Shown here piece by piece: positions 51,101 to 64,000 of a DNA stretch of 64,000 nt (positions within the stretch are counted from its first letter, which is position 1; each line of letters begins with the position of its first letter). Source of the DNA: Owenia fusiformis (lineage: Eukaryota). The notes beneath the pieces were generated by a model. It did no database searches and was not told where the DNA came from. It saw only the letters and a program-made list of their open reading frames with translations. Where the stretch lies: NCBI GenBank assembly GCA_903813345.2, contig CAIIXF020000001.1:14570001-14634000 (forward strand), in the 5' to 3' direction. A program made the position numbers and the translations under genes.

Positions 51101-54100
51101 GTGGTAGTTTATAGTATGTATGAAACCCCTGCATATATTTAAAAAGGATACAGGATACAGTTAAGTTGCAAATGGAGCGGGTATTCTCTATCTTTGTCTA
51201 TTGGGCTTTTCTGGTAATAATACATTGCAAACTGCTCGATGAATCTATACAATGTATACATGTAGTAGAACACTTGGAATATGTCAATAAACAAAAGTCC
51301 TCCATTTGCAACTTCGCTGTAGCTTGTATTTCTTTTAAAGGAACACAGGATACAGTATGGGGGTATAGTAGTGTGATATAGGGCAATTACTTTTTGTATA
51401 ATCAGACAACTAGACAGTTTTAACTTTCAATTTAATAAGAAAATATACCATTTTTATGAAAATCCACCATTGATAATGAATGAACAACTGTTTTTCCAAG
51501 CTTTAGCTTTGAAATGTATTTACATTTTTACCCTTTGTAAACACTTTTTTTTAATATGATTCTGTTTTTATTGACTTTTATGGGCCATCTATAAATAAAA
51601 ACTCCTCTTCCGAATTCAATTATTTTTTATTTTTCATTCCCTTTGTTATAGTTGGGACTTCTTGATTTCACAGTATCATCACCAAATGAGCCAACATTGT
51701 TCTATTGATATATTAAAGTGTATAGTCTTTGATATGTGCAAAGTTAGGGTAAATGTTATAAATATGATTAAAATATATGGAAACAATCCAAATATATATA
51801 GCATATTTAGATTTCACCTTGGGGAGCCCAAGTACTTAAATACATGTATTTTGAGAATGAAAATGCAAAAACATATAGCACTTGACATAAACCCGATTGA
51901 GGATCACTTTTAAGGCCAGGGTGTTTTTACATGTAACACTATCTGTTTATGTTGATGCGCTAACAGTTAACTTATTACTTTAGGCACAGCGAAGCATTGG
52001 CACCTGACTGTATTGAAAGGACATCAATTAAAATATATATCGGATGATAAGGAGTTCTAATTGAGATATCACAGCCCAAGAGAAGATGCCCTGTTTTGAC
52101 AAGCAGAAGAAATGGGTGTTGAACCATCTTCCTGGTCAGTCTGATAAGGTCAGTATTTCACAATTTAATTTTCAAGTTACTTTTCTTTTTCTAGTTTAAG
52201 TACATATTTTAAATTTTGCACACGCACAAGGCAATTTGTTAATAAAGTGTTGGTAAAATCAAATCAGCAATGTGTTCAATTTTTCTAATAATGAAAAAAA
52301 AATTGGGTTCTACTGTAGAAACCAAAGAAATTGAAAGATGTCTCTTCACTTCATTATGTTTCTTTTCTTTATTGATCAAGAAATTAATTGATATAAAACA
52401 TGCATGATTGTATTTACTGCATATAGTTTTTATATCAGATTTTATATCGGGTTATTAAGGCTTAATGTGAATATATTGAAATGCAAATCCCTTATAACTA
52501 TTTTGTAAACATATAATTGTTATAGTTTTCTAATTCTTATCCGTTGTTAAGGTGGATCTTATCCTCTTATTTGAAATCTTAGAATGAGAATGCAATTAAT
52601 AGCCATGGTAGAAATTCAGGGTCCTTCTTCTTGAGAATTAGGTTTGAACAATTTTTTGCCAAGTATAGAATCCGAAAAACATTTAACTTAATCATTCTAT
52701 TTAGCTGTAAAATAGGTTTACAGGAAAAGGCTGAAGTGGAAATTTATAGGTTTCATGTAAGAAAAAATCATTATGTACTTATCATTATGAGAGTGGCAGA
52801 GAAATTCCTTAAAAGCCATTAATATAGGCTGCCTGGGTAAAGGGTCTCTTAATTGTTATACAAAGAACAGGGTCTTGATTTATTGCATGTTCAATATTGG
52901 AATGAATGACTCTACCTTTCAGCTGCGCAGCTAAGGTGAAATTGGATTTGAATTTGATTTCACTGGTGATACTAACAAATTTGTATCCTCTTTATTATGA
53001 ATATCAATTCAGCATTGTTCCAGTTTATTGGTTTTGTTGTCAATTTCCAGCTTTTTGGTATGGTTTTCAAAGATATCAATAGTTCCCTAATTGCTATTGT
53101 GATGTAATGCTTTGATACCTGACAATCTTTGATTTACTCTTCCTTCCCGAGAAAAAAAGCATTCTATTAAGGTTACGTCTTAAATTGACACATATCTGGT
53201 ATATTATAAGACTCCCTTAATTCAATGTCAGATTTAGCTTATAGATGATCTGATCCGTTGCAGTCTTTGGTTGCTACACAACAATACTTATCAGGTGTAT
53301 CTACCTTATAATACATGTAACAATATGGTTCTCGCTGGGAGTTCAATATGGCAAATAAAGAAAGACAAAAAAACACATGTCAGCATGCAACCTTATTGAC
53401 TTTCAGACAACTTAATTGAAGGGTTTAGGAATTCCATTTACATTTTAAGTCTTATGGATCAATTCCTCTTTTTCTGAGAATAATAAGGTTTGAGTATTCT
53501 GCAGTATCATCATGGTTTTGATACTGGAATCCAAATTCCACCAGTTTCTCCCATATTTTCTTTGTTATCATTATCCATCTTTGATTTGCAAGGTCACGGT
53601 TACAATATAAAGTTGGATCAGCTGAAACCTTTACGATTATTATCATCCCAATTTTTGGTTGATATAAGTACAAGATGATAGCAATTGAACTAAGCCCAAA
53701 TCAACCTTTACAGCTGCAAAATGTCAATTATCAGAAAGTTCACCAAATTAGATTAGTCTCTAATCCAAGTGTGGAACTTAGAATATTTTGGAATTTTTTT
53801 TCCTTGAGAATTTGAATAAAATGAACAGCATCATTAAACTAGGATCCAAATAGACAAAATCTCAACCAAACCATGCAACTCAAAATGGCAACATAGATTA
53901 CAATGACATTAAAGTGCCTCCGTAAATTATATCTAAGTTTAACGAAAATGTCAGTTTCTACTCCCATCAATTGAAGATTTACGTAATACACATAATCATT
54001 CATATGGCTCCATGTTAACTCTCAAAGACAAAATCAGCGACTGTCTCTCAGAACAGAAACATATTGAGAGTTGATGGGGGCATAACATTGCTTTAATATG

Positions 54101-55670
54101 ATTGGAGCTCTTAGAAGAGAAGAACCCTTGAGTTATTACAAATCAAATCGGTGTGAAATTCAATTAGAGAAATCGTGATTCCCGATTAGATCGATCTAAT
54201 TGAGCATTATTTTATTTTGGTATTCCTATGAGCATTATCTATTTAACATTGATTTTACATTATTTCATAGAACTGGAGAGAGTCAACATAAATCAGATTT
54301 TTGCGCAAAATTGATAATGCCACTGCTGCGTGTTTAAGCGAAGGCTATTAAAATCCGTAATTGATTTTTGGAGCTACAGGAAGTTTTAGGATCTTGCCTG
54401 TAGTCTCTGGCTGTATTTCTTCCAAAGAGCAGACCAGTACCATAATTATGCAGCAGATAATTTGAAAAAACAAGGATTGATTAAGGCGTCAATGAATGAC
54501 TAGTTTAGGAACTAATCCATTTCTTTGGTAACATGAAGGTAATATATATTATTTATTTTCTAGGTGATCGTGCTTGTTATATTTTAAGTATATATACATA
54601 TATACCAGTTTCACTGCTGCATTTTTGTGGGGTTATCTGTTTTGATTTAAGTAAATGTAAAATTGTCTGAGGTATAATTGATTCAAAAATTCAATATGAA
54701 AACTATAAAATTTATTTTGAATATGAATTCGAATATTAAGCTTCTCAAACTGCAATGTTCTAAAATGTGTGTTTTGTTATTCAAATTATTTGTAGAATAA
54801 GTCTCATAGTTATTTTTTATATACGATAATTTAAGAATTGATGTTCAATTTACTAGAAAGTTATAAAAATTTAATAAAAATATATTATTTTAATTTTAAT
54901 TGATCTGATCCTGTCTGAGAGCTAACAATTTTTGTACCCCGCTATATTCTTTTAATAAAAACAAATGAAAATATTAGAAATAGCTAAATTTTGCACACTA
55001 ATAATTGATGCTGATTGTCATGTATACAAGTATTACATAACTCAATGTAAAATGAAAATAAATATCTATTTTGTTAAGTAATTTTTATGAGTGAACTGTA
55101 TTCTTTAAAAAAAACTTCAAATATTTTCAAATTGTTCATAGATTGCAAAACAGCAATCTGTGAACAATTTGTAATTACATGTATGTCAAAATTGGCAGTG
55201 GCGGACATTTGTGAAAAATTAGGCTAAAAATATTATATCTCTGAAACAACTGATTTAAAAGAGTGATTTTGAACATCAAGATGCCTTTGTATGCCATTAT
55301 GATTAAAAAATATCATCCAAGAGACAATTTCTGCTAATTGTACAGAATTCAAGTTCAAGTGCAAACATGCATGATCTCATGCTCTAAATCAGAGTAGATA
55401 CAGGTAATGAGGTATTTCTTCAGTTTTTAAGAGCTCTGAAAAGTAATTGAAGAAGCGCAGTAGTATTGATATTTTAAGGACACGTCAGCTAAGCATCAAT
55501 CAGGTGCAGTTATTTTGCTTTTGTTAGAGCTATCTGAGATAAGATCTCATTATGATGTAATGACCCAGAACTAACTCTGGGGTAATCTGAAACCTAATAC
55601 TAACCTACACTTGCTGCTGCACAGAATGTTGAATAACTTATTGTTGCATTGCTTTTTTGAAGTTTTTTTA

Positions 55671-56192
55671 TTAGTTATTTAAACATAATTGTTTTTAGTC
55701 ATTTAAACACAATTGTTTTAGTCATTAAAACATAATTGTTTTTAGTCATTTAGCCATAATTGTTTTTAGTCATTAAAACATAATTGTTTTTAGTCATTTA
55801 GCCATAATTGTTTTTAGTCATTTAAACATAATTGTTTTTAGTCATTTAGCCATAATTGTTTTAGTCATTTAAACATAATTGCTTTCAGTCATTTAGCCAT
55901 AATTGGTTTTATTCATTTAAACATAATTTATTTTTAGTCATTTAAACATAATTGTTTTTAGTCATTTAAACATAATTGTTTTAGTCATTAAAACATAATT
56001 GTTTTTCGTCATTTAAACATAATTGTTCTAGTCATTAAAACATAATTGCTTTTAGTCATTTAAACATAATTGCTTTTAGTCATTTAAACATAATTGTTTT
56101 TAGTCATTTAAACATAATTGTTTTTAGTCATTTAAACATAATTGTTTTTCGTCATTTAAACATAATTGTTTTTAGTCATTTAAACATAATTA
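55671..56192 (+). repeat. AT-rich minisatellite, about 20 units of 25-26 bp
   Basis: TTAGTCATTTAAACATAATTGTTTT tandemly repeated, with variants (TAGCCATAATT). Confidence 0.95.
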
Positions 56193-56529
56193 TTTTATTA
56201 CATGGATGATTTAAAAGTTCTCTTATATTTCTTCATTTGAGGTATTCTTTATTAACATTTCTGACTGAGTATTTGGTATTCATAAAGTATAGTATAGACC
56301 AATAGAAATGTATTTCTGACATGTTAAGCTTTTCTTTAAATCTTTTATTAAAGATTCAAACTTTCAGATTATAAATGCCATAAAATGAAAGAATTTGAAA
56401 ATATCTCTTTACATATTATATCAGTCATTCATATTCAACAATTAAATGCTTATTCAGCATTTTAGTTGACCAAAGCTTGAAACCTTTCTGTAGGGAATGT
56501 GTTGTCTACAAGGAACATTTTTGGTATTT

Positions 56530-58335
56530 TGGTGTATTATACATGTAATCCCAATGGTCCATGTGTTGTGGTGTATTATACATGTATTTTAATGGTCCAT
56601 GTGTTGTTGTTACACAAGTATTTCTAATGGTCCATGTGTTGTGGTGTATTATACATGTATATCTATTTCTAATGGTCCATGTGTTGTGGTGCATTATACA
56701 TGTATTTTAATGGTCCATGTGTTGTTACACAAGTATATCTAATGGTCCATGTGTTGTGGTGTATTATACATGTATTTTAATGGTCCATGTGTTGTTACAC
56801 AAGTATTTCTAATGGTCCATGTGTTGTGGTGTATTATACATGTATTTTAATGGTCCATGTGTTGTTACACAAGTATTTCTAATGGTCCATGTGTTGTGGT
56901 GTATTATACATGTATTTTAATGGTCCATGTGTTGTTACACAAGTATTTCTAATAGTCCATGTGTTGTGGTGTATTATACATGTATATCTATTTCTAATGG
57001 TCCATGTGTTGTGGTGTATTATACATGTATTTTAATGGTCCATGTGTTGTTACACAAGTATTTCTAATGGTCCATGTGTTGTGGTGTATTATACATGTAT
57101 TTTAATGGTCCATGTGTTGTTACACAAGTATTTCTAATGGTCCATGTGTTGTGGTGTATTATACATTAGGGGTCCCACGATACATTATGAAACGATACAA
57201 TACATATCTCGATACTCAGGTCACGCCAGAGCAACGATACGGTACATAATAGTGTAGTTGAACCGGGGGAGGGGGGTGCAAAACTGACGTAGCTGAGGTC
57301 GAGTTGAAAGTCTATCACCTGCTGTGACATTTGATTAAGATGCAGCATAAAAACTATTGTCAAGTATCAAGCCTACCTGCTGTATAGTAGCCAGCTATGC
57401 ATATTTTGCAATATTTTTTGAAGTCCGGCTGTGCTTTCCCTTTACTGAGGAATGTTACAAAGTACTGCAGTAGATTTTCTATTAGGGGCCGTATTAGGAT
57501 ATCACAACTAACCATATTTACACGGCCATAATTCTATCAATTGTTTTCAAAACTTTCAAAAAGTTTCAATTTCTAAACTCTGGTCAACATTAAAACTCCA
57601 AACGTAAATATTGTTCGTTTTTTATTAGAGTTATCAATATTAGTCTAGTAGGCAATTTTTTAATGCGGCGTTCTATCGAATAAAAAGTTCAAAGATTATA
57701 TTTATTCATACTAAATTGTCAAAAAGCATATCGAATAATTATAAAACAAAGTACAATGATATACGAAGACATAGCAGACACGAGTTATTTGTTCGCATTT
57801 TGACTGTCAATCCGCTAAGCATTCTGTTCGCATTTATACACCATTTTGGGCGTGTCATGTCCAGCGAGAAACCAAACAAAAAATATGAGAACAATTTCTC
57901 AAAAAAGTCAAATATTCAGTAGATTTCGGCAAAATATGATGGATTTCAGGTATGTTAATTATATTTTTGGTGTATCGATATTTGAGTCTTCGTATCGATA
58001 CGCTCGTATCGTCACCAAACGAGCCGATGCATCGATATATCGATGAATCGCGGGACCCCTATTATACATGTATTTTAATGGTCCATGTGTTGTTACACAA
58101 GTATTTCTAATGGTCCATGTGTTGTGGTGTATTATACATGTATATCTATTTCTAATGGTCCATGTGTTGTGGTGTATTATACATGTATTTTAATGGTCCA
58201 TGTGGTGTATTATACATGTATTTTAATGGTCCATGTGTTGTTACACAAGTATTTCTAATGGTCCATGTGTTGTGGTGTATTATACATGTAATCCCAATGG
58301 TCCATGTGTTGTGGTGCAATATTCACAATTTCTAA
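56530..58335 (+). repeat. Minisatellite with alternating 38-bp and 32-bp subunits (70-bp higher-order unit), split by a hAT MITE
   Basis: AATGGTCCATGTGTTGTGGTGTATTATACATGTATTTT alternates with AATGGTCCATGTGTTGTTACACAAGTATTTCT. The array resumes in register after 58061. Confidence 0.95.
57167..58061. mobile_element. hAT MITE, 895 bp, 8-bp TSD TTATACAT
   Basis: TAGGGGTCCCACGAT / ATCGCGGGACCCCTA ends. TTATACAT at 57159-57166 and 58062-58069. Subterminal CGATAC/GTATCG motifs. Confidence 0.9.
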
Positions 58336-58381
58336 TGGTAAATTTGTTGTGGTGTTGCAGAAGGAGGTGAGCAGTGGTGAG

Positions 58382-61300
58382 ATGGAGAAAGCTCTAGAGG
58401 CTGAAAGACCTGCATCCTATAATGATACAGGTGAAGAGGAAGGAGATGAGAACACAGAACGAGGCAACTGGACCAGACAACTTGACTTTGTGCTGTCATG
58501 TGTTGGATATGCTGTCGGCCTTGGCAATCTCTGGAGGTTTCCATATATCTGTATGCTTAACGGAGGAGGTGGGTTGTACATACATGTATATAGTACTGTT
58601 GGTTATGCAAATAACACAATTCTTTATGTAGATCATTTTGGAATTGTAGAAAAGTTCCAAAACTGTCATGAGATCGATGAGGGAAACCTATGTTAAAAAT
58701 CTTTAGGTGGCTCTCAGAAAAGGATACCACAAGCTATTAGATGCCAATTTAATGTATAAATTGTTCATGTAAAATTATTGCTTTATCAAATTCCCTATTA
58801 TGAGTTCTGCATTTAAAACTAATGGTATATGTTTCCCTACACTTAAGTTGACTGAAGCTGTATTACTACTGAGAACCTTAGTGTTGTACTGAGCAAGTAT
58901 GCCAATTAGCCTTGGGAAATTTGGAAAAGCTGAGCTTGAATGCTGGGATAATTAACCTTAAAAAACAACTTATCCTTAACTGTCAATGTCACTAAAAAAC
59001 AAAAAGACATTTTTTATTCATACATGTACAGTACATTCCCTCACTCCTCATGTCACTCTGTCTAATTCATGTGTATTGTTACAGAAGTTATGCATACATG
59101 TATTTTTTGTTAAGATGCACTTAGTGGCATGGTACTATTGTAGTACATTAAATGATAGCACTGCAAACAAGGTAGCTATCTTTAATCAATCTCTCAGCAG
59201 TAAAACATCAATCATACCACACCTAACAATTTGTGGTTGCCATTGAACTGAGATTCCAATTTGCCATTGGAAAGAGGAAAGAGGGATGGGGAAACTGATA
59301 TTTTTACAGATAAAACTGGGAACTTATTGAACCTGTTAGCAGTTGACTTTTGCCAAAAGTGCAGTGTAATAAAACATTTTTTAGCATCATAAGAAATAAC
59401 ACCACATGCATGTGAAATAAATATATACACATGTTATGTAAGGAAACTTACTCAAAATATTGGTCAGTTAACATTTGATGTTTGACGTTACAAAATTAAT
59501 ATATTATCCCAAAGAATGAGTTTGTATAAGAATTGTAATCTAGAGAATCCATCTAAAATTCATTTTTGCATATGTGTATGCCTGTCTGTCTGTCTATTCA
59601 TCTATTATCAGTTGCTAGATTTGGTTGCTCAATTCAAGTGGTCAATTTTGAAAATGTCCTTTATAGTACAGGCCCTGTGTTATATATATTTGTAAGCTTT
59701 ATTAACTCTACAATTGGACTCTTATTATATTGGTAGGATTTATGTTCCATTGTTGTGTCACATTATGGAAGGTGTAATCTTTTTAGAGGACAATATAGTT
59801 TCCTGTCCAAAGCGTATGTAACCAATACATTATAAATTACAAATCATGTTCATAAATGATAGATTTTGAGTGTGTATGTACATGTAATACTAAACTGAAT
59901 TGTATGTTCTCCTCATGTAAGCTAAAATTTCTTCCAACAACCTTATTAAGATCCATGGCCTAATACGTCATACTTTCCCCCAATTGTTAGTATGAACAAG
60001 TATTTAATGTGGCAATCTTGGCTCCCATTGTAGAGATGTTTTTTATTAATAGCATGATTGGCATTCCTACAGTCAGTGTAATATCACGCTTCATTGAGAT
60101 TCCACCGTGAATAGATAAAAAACTTTTGTGAATTCAGGCTTGAAAATCAATTTAGTCCTCTCTCTTTAAATTGAACTTTTCAGTATATTAATGAAAGATA
60201 ATGACGTGTATATGGGACCATCTTGGGATCAAAAGTTACATGCACATATAAAACACAATTTCCTTTCCTGGGCACTAAAAATCCCTGACATCATCTGCAT
60301 TTATTCATTGCTATGGCCTTAAATGATGCTGGGGCTTAGTTCTTTATAATTGAAATCCGGGAGAAGGCTTCTTTCATTGAGACACATATTGATGTTCCTG
60401 AAGATAATTGGGTTGTTTGCTTGTATTGTATTGTGTCAGAACATGGGGTGTTTCCAGTGTACTTTTGACATAGTTAATTCCCCTCTAATTTTGACGTACA
60501 TTTATTTCTGTAAATTGATCTTTTTACCTCTGAATTGTATAGCATGCAATTGCTTTGTTTTAAAATTCTAATATGCATCTGCAAAGGAAACAAAAAGACA
60601 TACAGTTCTCATGCTACATACAATTATCCGACAAAAATGTAAAAGATGGATAAAATCAAGAGTAGAATTTGTTTACTGCGTGTGTGACTTTTTACATAAT
60701 GTTGAATTAAGCTTCCATTTATCGATGTATTTGAAAAACAAACATTGGAAGCTCCATTTCCCAAGATAAGTTGAGAACGAAATAATCAAAAAAGTGCATA
60801 ATATTCCAGTTTATTTAATTAAAGCTGAGCATTATGATGACATTCAAACGTCAATTTGCTCAATTTCTATTTGAGGTCCACCTTTGTTTAGATCATCATC
60901 CAATTAGCAATTTTATAGAGTTTTTGCAGTGTTTCTTAATGAATCCTTTTCAAAACAAGTCAAACACCAAATCTTAGCTGTATTTGGATTTTACAATCTC
61001 TCTCATCAAACATATTACAAGGTGAGTTTGGTGCATCCCTGTGAGACTCAATGATATAATGTTTTTAAATTTGTCATTGATTGAAAGATAATGTTCTATA
61101 GGTCAAATCGTGTTAATCCAAAAGCATTGATGCAGAAAATTGATTCCATAAATGATAAATGATAGGCAGGTATAAAGCATCCAAAACAATCATATAATAT
61201 CACATCCAAGTTTGTATTTTTGTTTGGTAATATTGAACAGATGATAAAGTGGCAATGAAGAATAGAGAACATGAATGTTGAAAGCAATTTATTCTAAAAG

Positions 61301-63427
61301 CATGCCAATTTCACTATCTGCAAAGTGAATCAAGAAATTAGATCAAATAAGGAGGTTTCAAGATTTTAAGATGCCGAAATGTCAAAATTCATTGTTGCCA
61401 GATAATCATTAAAATCAAAGGCTATTTTTTGAAATGAGCATGATTGGGCAGTTCAAGTAGCTGATAATGTTATAGCTTCGTGTGTTTATGTTTTAATATG
61501 TAATGTGAAATAAATTCCATAAATTATAAAGAATTGGGCATTACAAAAAATTATATGTTAAAAGCTTTTCTCTTATGTATTGGTCTTTGTTTTACCTTTA
61601 GTACTGAGTACCTTAGTCTTTCACCTGCTTACATGGCAGTTGTATCATCATCAATAATCAAGATATACATGTACTGGTATAATTATATATTATGTATAAT
61701 TATGAAGTATCATGTACAGGCCTATGACAGGGTGGGCCAAAAATATCTACCGTGCCAAATATCTAAGTAAGGGGTTTGTACTTAATGCATCAACACTATT
61801 TAGATTTGATATGAAAACTATACATTTATTCTGGAGAGTGGTATTGGTACATAACTGAAATTTCTAGATTGAATTAAAAATTGTTGACAAAAAGTATAGG
61901 GTATCCTTTTATTAGTGCTATAAGTTCATTTGTGTTAGAAAGACATTGTGACTAAATGAGGTGAAAAGAAAAAGACCTATATTGTGTCTAAGTTCAGAGC
62001 GACTGAGCTTAACTTGTCCCATTATCTTTAATTGAACTGTTCTTCCAATAACATCCTTGTAATTTATTGCAGCTAATCATTTTAAAACACTGTAGTGTTA
62101 CTAGTGTTACAGCTTCATTATAAGCCCCAAACCCAAAATACATCTTATATGCTGGTTTCCTTACACGATTCTATTAGCAAACATAATCTAACAGGCTTAG
62201 ATCTTTGGAAGATGCTACAAATTGAAATCATATCCCATAGGCCTTAGAATGATCCCATGACCCAGTTAACCAATGAAATTGTCAAAGTGACATGAGGCAT
62301 GATGGGATAGGATCACCTCATCTGGGAGATGTATGGATGATCACGAGCAACTTTTCATTGAATCTAGAGCTCATTTGTCTTGTGTTTCCTCTCTTACTAC
62401 CAATTTCCCCATAGCAAGCCCAGGCTTTCCCTAGTGGTATTGATTCTCCTGTGTTCCCATCTGACGCAATTGTCAACATAAAACATTGACTTATTGTTTA
62501 ACTTGAAGTATCTCATGTAAACCATGTTGTAGAAAACCTCTAATCTGAAGTGAAATTCCGACATTTGAAACATCCGCATATCCTGCTTATTGGATACAGG
62601 ATATAGTGTTAAAGTTGCTTCAATTAGTTTAAAATTGTGTTTATAAAGCTGGTGTGTATTATATTTTAAAATGCGTTTTGGAAATTTGGCTTTGAACTGA
62701 TAGGTAATCTTTCTATCTCAAGCTGTGAGTTAAACCTAGATTTACTTGCTATTTACTCAGCTGCCTTAAAGTGGATGTGACATTTTTTATTTTGATAAAA
62801 CAATAAAATTGCTTTTTAATATTTTACTTATGTTATCAGCTAAGTTAATGCTTATTGTTTTATTGGTTCCCATAGAAATGTTTAATACCTTCCTTTGATA
62901 CAAAATTCTGAATAAATATGTTATAATGAATTTTCAATTTTTATTGCATATATGCCATCTCCCACATAACAGTATAATAGAAGTCTTTGGAATCAGTGGC
63001 CTTGTTTCTAAATATATATGTACACTCTATAGTAATCAATCAGGCATGAAACGCATATCAGTAATCTTCTCAGCACTGAAAGCAGATGGTTGCTGCTGCT
63101 GCAACCACTTGATTTTTGAATAACCAGATTACACTGAACGCTTCTTGTATATATGTGACTTGTATGTGAATATTACTTGTATGTGTGTGACTTGTATGTG
63201 AACACTGACTTGAGTATGTGTGACTTGTATGTGGAGACTGCTTGTATATATGTGACTTATATGCTAACACAACATGTGTGACTTGTATGTTGTAGGTGCC
63301 TTCCTGATCCCTTACTTCACATTCCTGATCATCTGTGGCATTCCTCTGTTCTTCATGGAGCTCACCTTGGGTCAGTTCTCCAGTCTCAGTCCCATCTCTG
63401 TCTGGAAGATGTGCCCATTGTTCAAAG
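58382..63427 (+). CDS. SLC6 Na+/Cl- dependent transporter, amino-acid (glycine/proline transporter-like) subfamily; first two coding exons, gene continues beyond the window
   Basis: Exon 58361-58568 (ATG at 58382) reads ...[41 protein letters not shown]. Exon 63296-63427 reads [45 protein letters not shown]. Phase-1 GT-AG junctions; classic SNF signature. The exact orthologue cannot be assigned. Confidence 0.93.
63145..63295 (+). repeat. Degenerate repeat of about 18-22 bp ending in the splice acceptor
   Basis: Repeated (GT)GACTTGTATGTG variants; the last unit reads GTGACTTGTATGTTGTAG and is followed directly by the exon. Confidence 0.75.
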
Positions 63428-63794
63428 GTAAGAGTAAAGTATTGTTGCATTTTTTATTATTCATCATTAACTTTATTATTCCAGGTCTGAACATTACATC
63501 TCAAACGAGCATGTTTGGAATACATCAAGACAGTAAAAAACTTATTACTTGCATACAAGTTTGATGTTGATGTGCCTATAAATATTTGGGAAGGGGGTAA
63601 AAGTTAATTTTATTTAATCATTATAGTTGATACTTAAAATAAAAATGTTTTTAATTTGAAAAAATCAATAAAAAATCTGTTACATTTGCAAGAAAGAAGT
63701 CAATCCAAAATAAAATGTATTACACTTTGGGATGAACTTGAAGTTGACCTTGTCTTTTAAGCTGTAAAAAAATTGTAAAATTACAGCATGCAAT

Positions 63795-63973
63795 CAGGGG
63801 TTTCATAAGCAGCATGCAACAGGCGATTTTCACTGGTTGTTTTCACAAAATCGCCTGTTGTTTTTAGCTTAGGGACTTTTCAACTTTTCCATGTTAAATT
63901 TATGATTTTCATTAATTTTGTCTGTTGTTTTTATTTATTTAGCCTGTTGTGAGAAATTCTAGTGAAACCCCTG
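63795..63973. mobile_element. hAT5-like MITE, 5-bp TSD GCAAT
   Basis: CAGGGGTTTCATA / TAGTGAAACCCCTG ends. GCAAT at 63790-63794 and 63974-63978. Confidence 0.8.
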
Positions 63974-64000
63974 GCAATGTTCATTCTCTTCACATATATT

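Overview
AT-rich, intron-rich invertebrate (probably lophotrochozoan-type, inferred) genomic DNA, not a prokaryotic window. Gene models built by hand from GT-AG junctions and reading-frame phase: (1) a probable last exon of an upstream + strand gene (1895-2003); (2) a 15-coding-exon neprilysin/M13-like type II membrane protein (minus, 4328-15101, 826 aa) that has lost its zinc-binding residues; (3) directly upstream, a 3-exon thermolysin(M4)/M36-like zinc metallopeptidase of bacterial character (minus, 16434-18777, 416 aa) with an intact HETGH...E site and no signal peptide, a candidate intron-bearing horizontally acquired gene; (4) a 2-exon RGG-rich, two-TM, PPxY-tail protein (23423-24482); (5) a mosaic protein with 4 Sushi/CCP, 6 EGF and one chitin-binding CBM14 domain (minus, 26102-33889, 5' end unresolved); (6) a frameshifted, 5'-truncated Academ-type transposase (39669-41300); (7) the first two coding exons of an SLC6 amino-acid/glycine-type transporter (58382-63427, continuing beyond the window). 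Non-coding DNA is dense in non-autonomous DNA transposons. These include five CAC-terminal elements with 5-bp TSDs (Transib/RAG-like signature, several near-perfect palindromes), CAG-terminal elements with 5-bp TSDs, 8-bp-TSD hAT MITEs, a Kolobok-like palindrome, mariner derivatives and Helentron-like elements, plus four minisatellites. No database searches were run; family names come from motif recognition.
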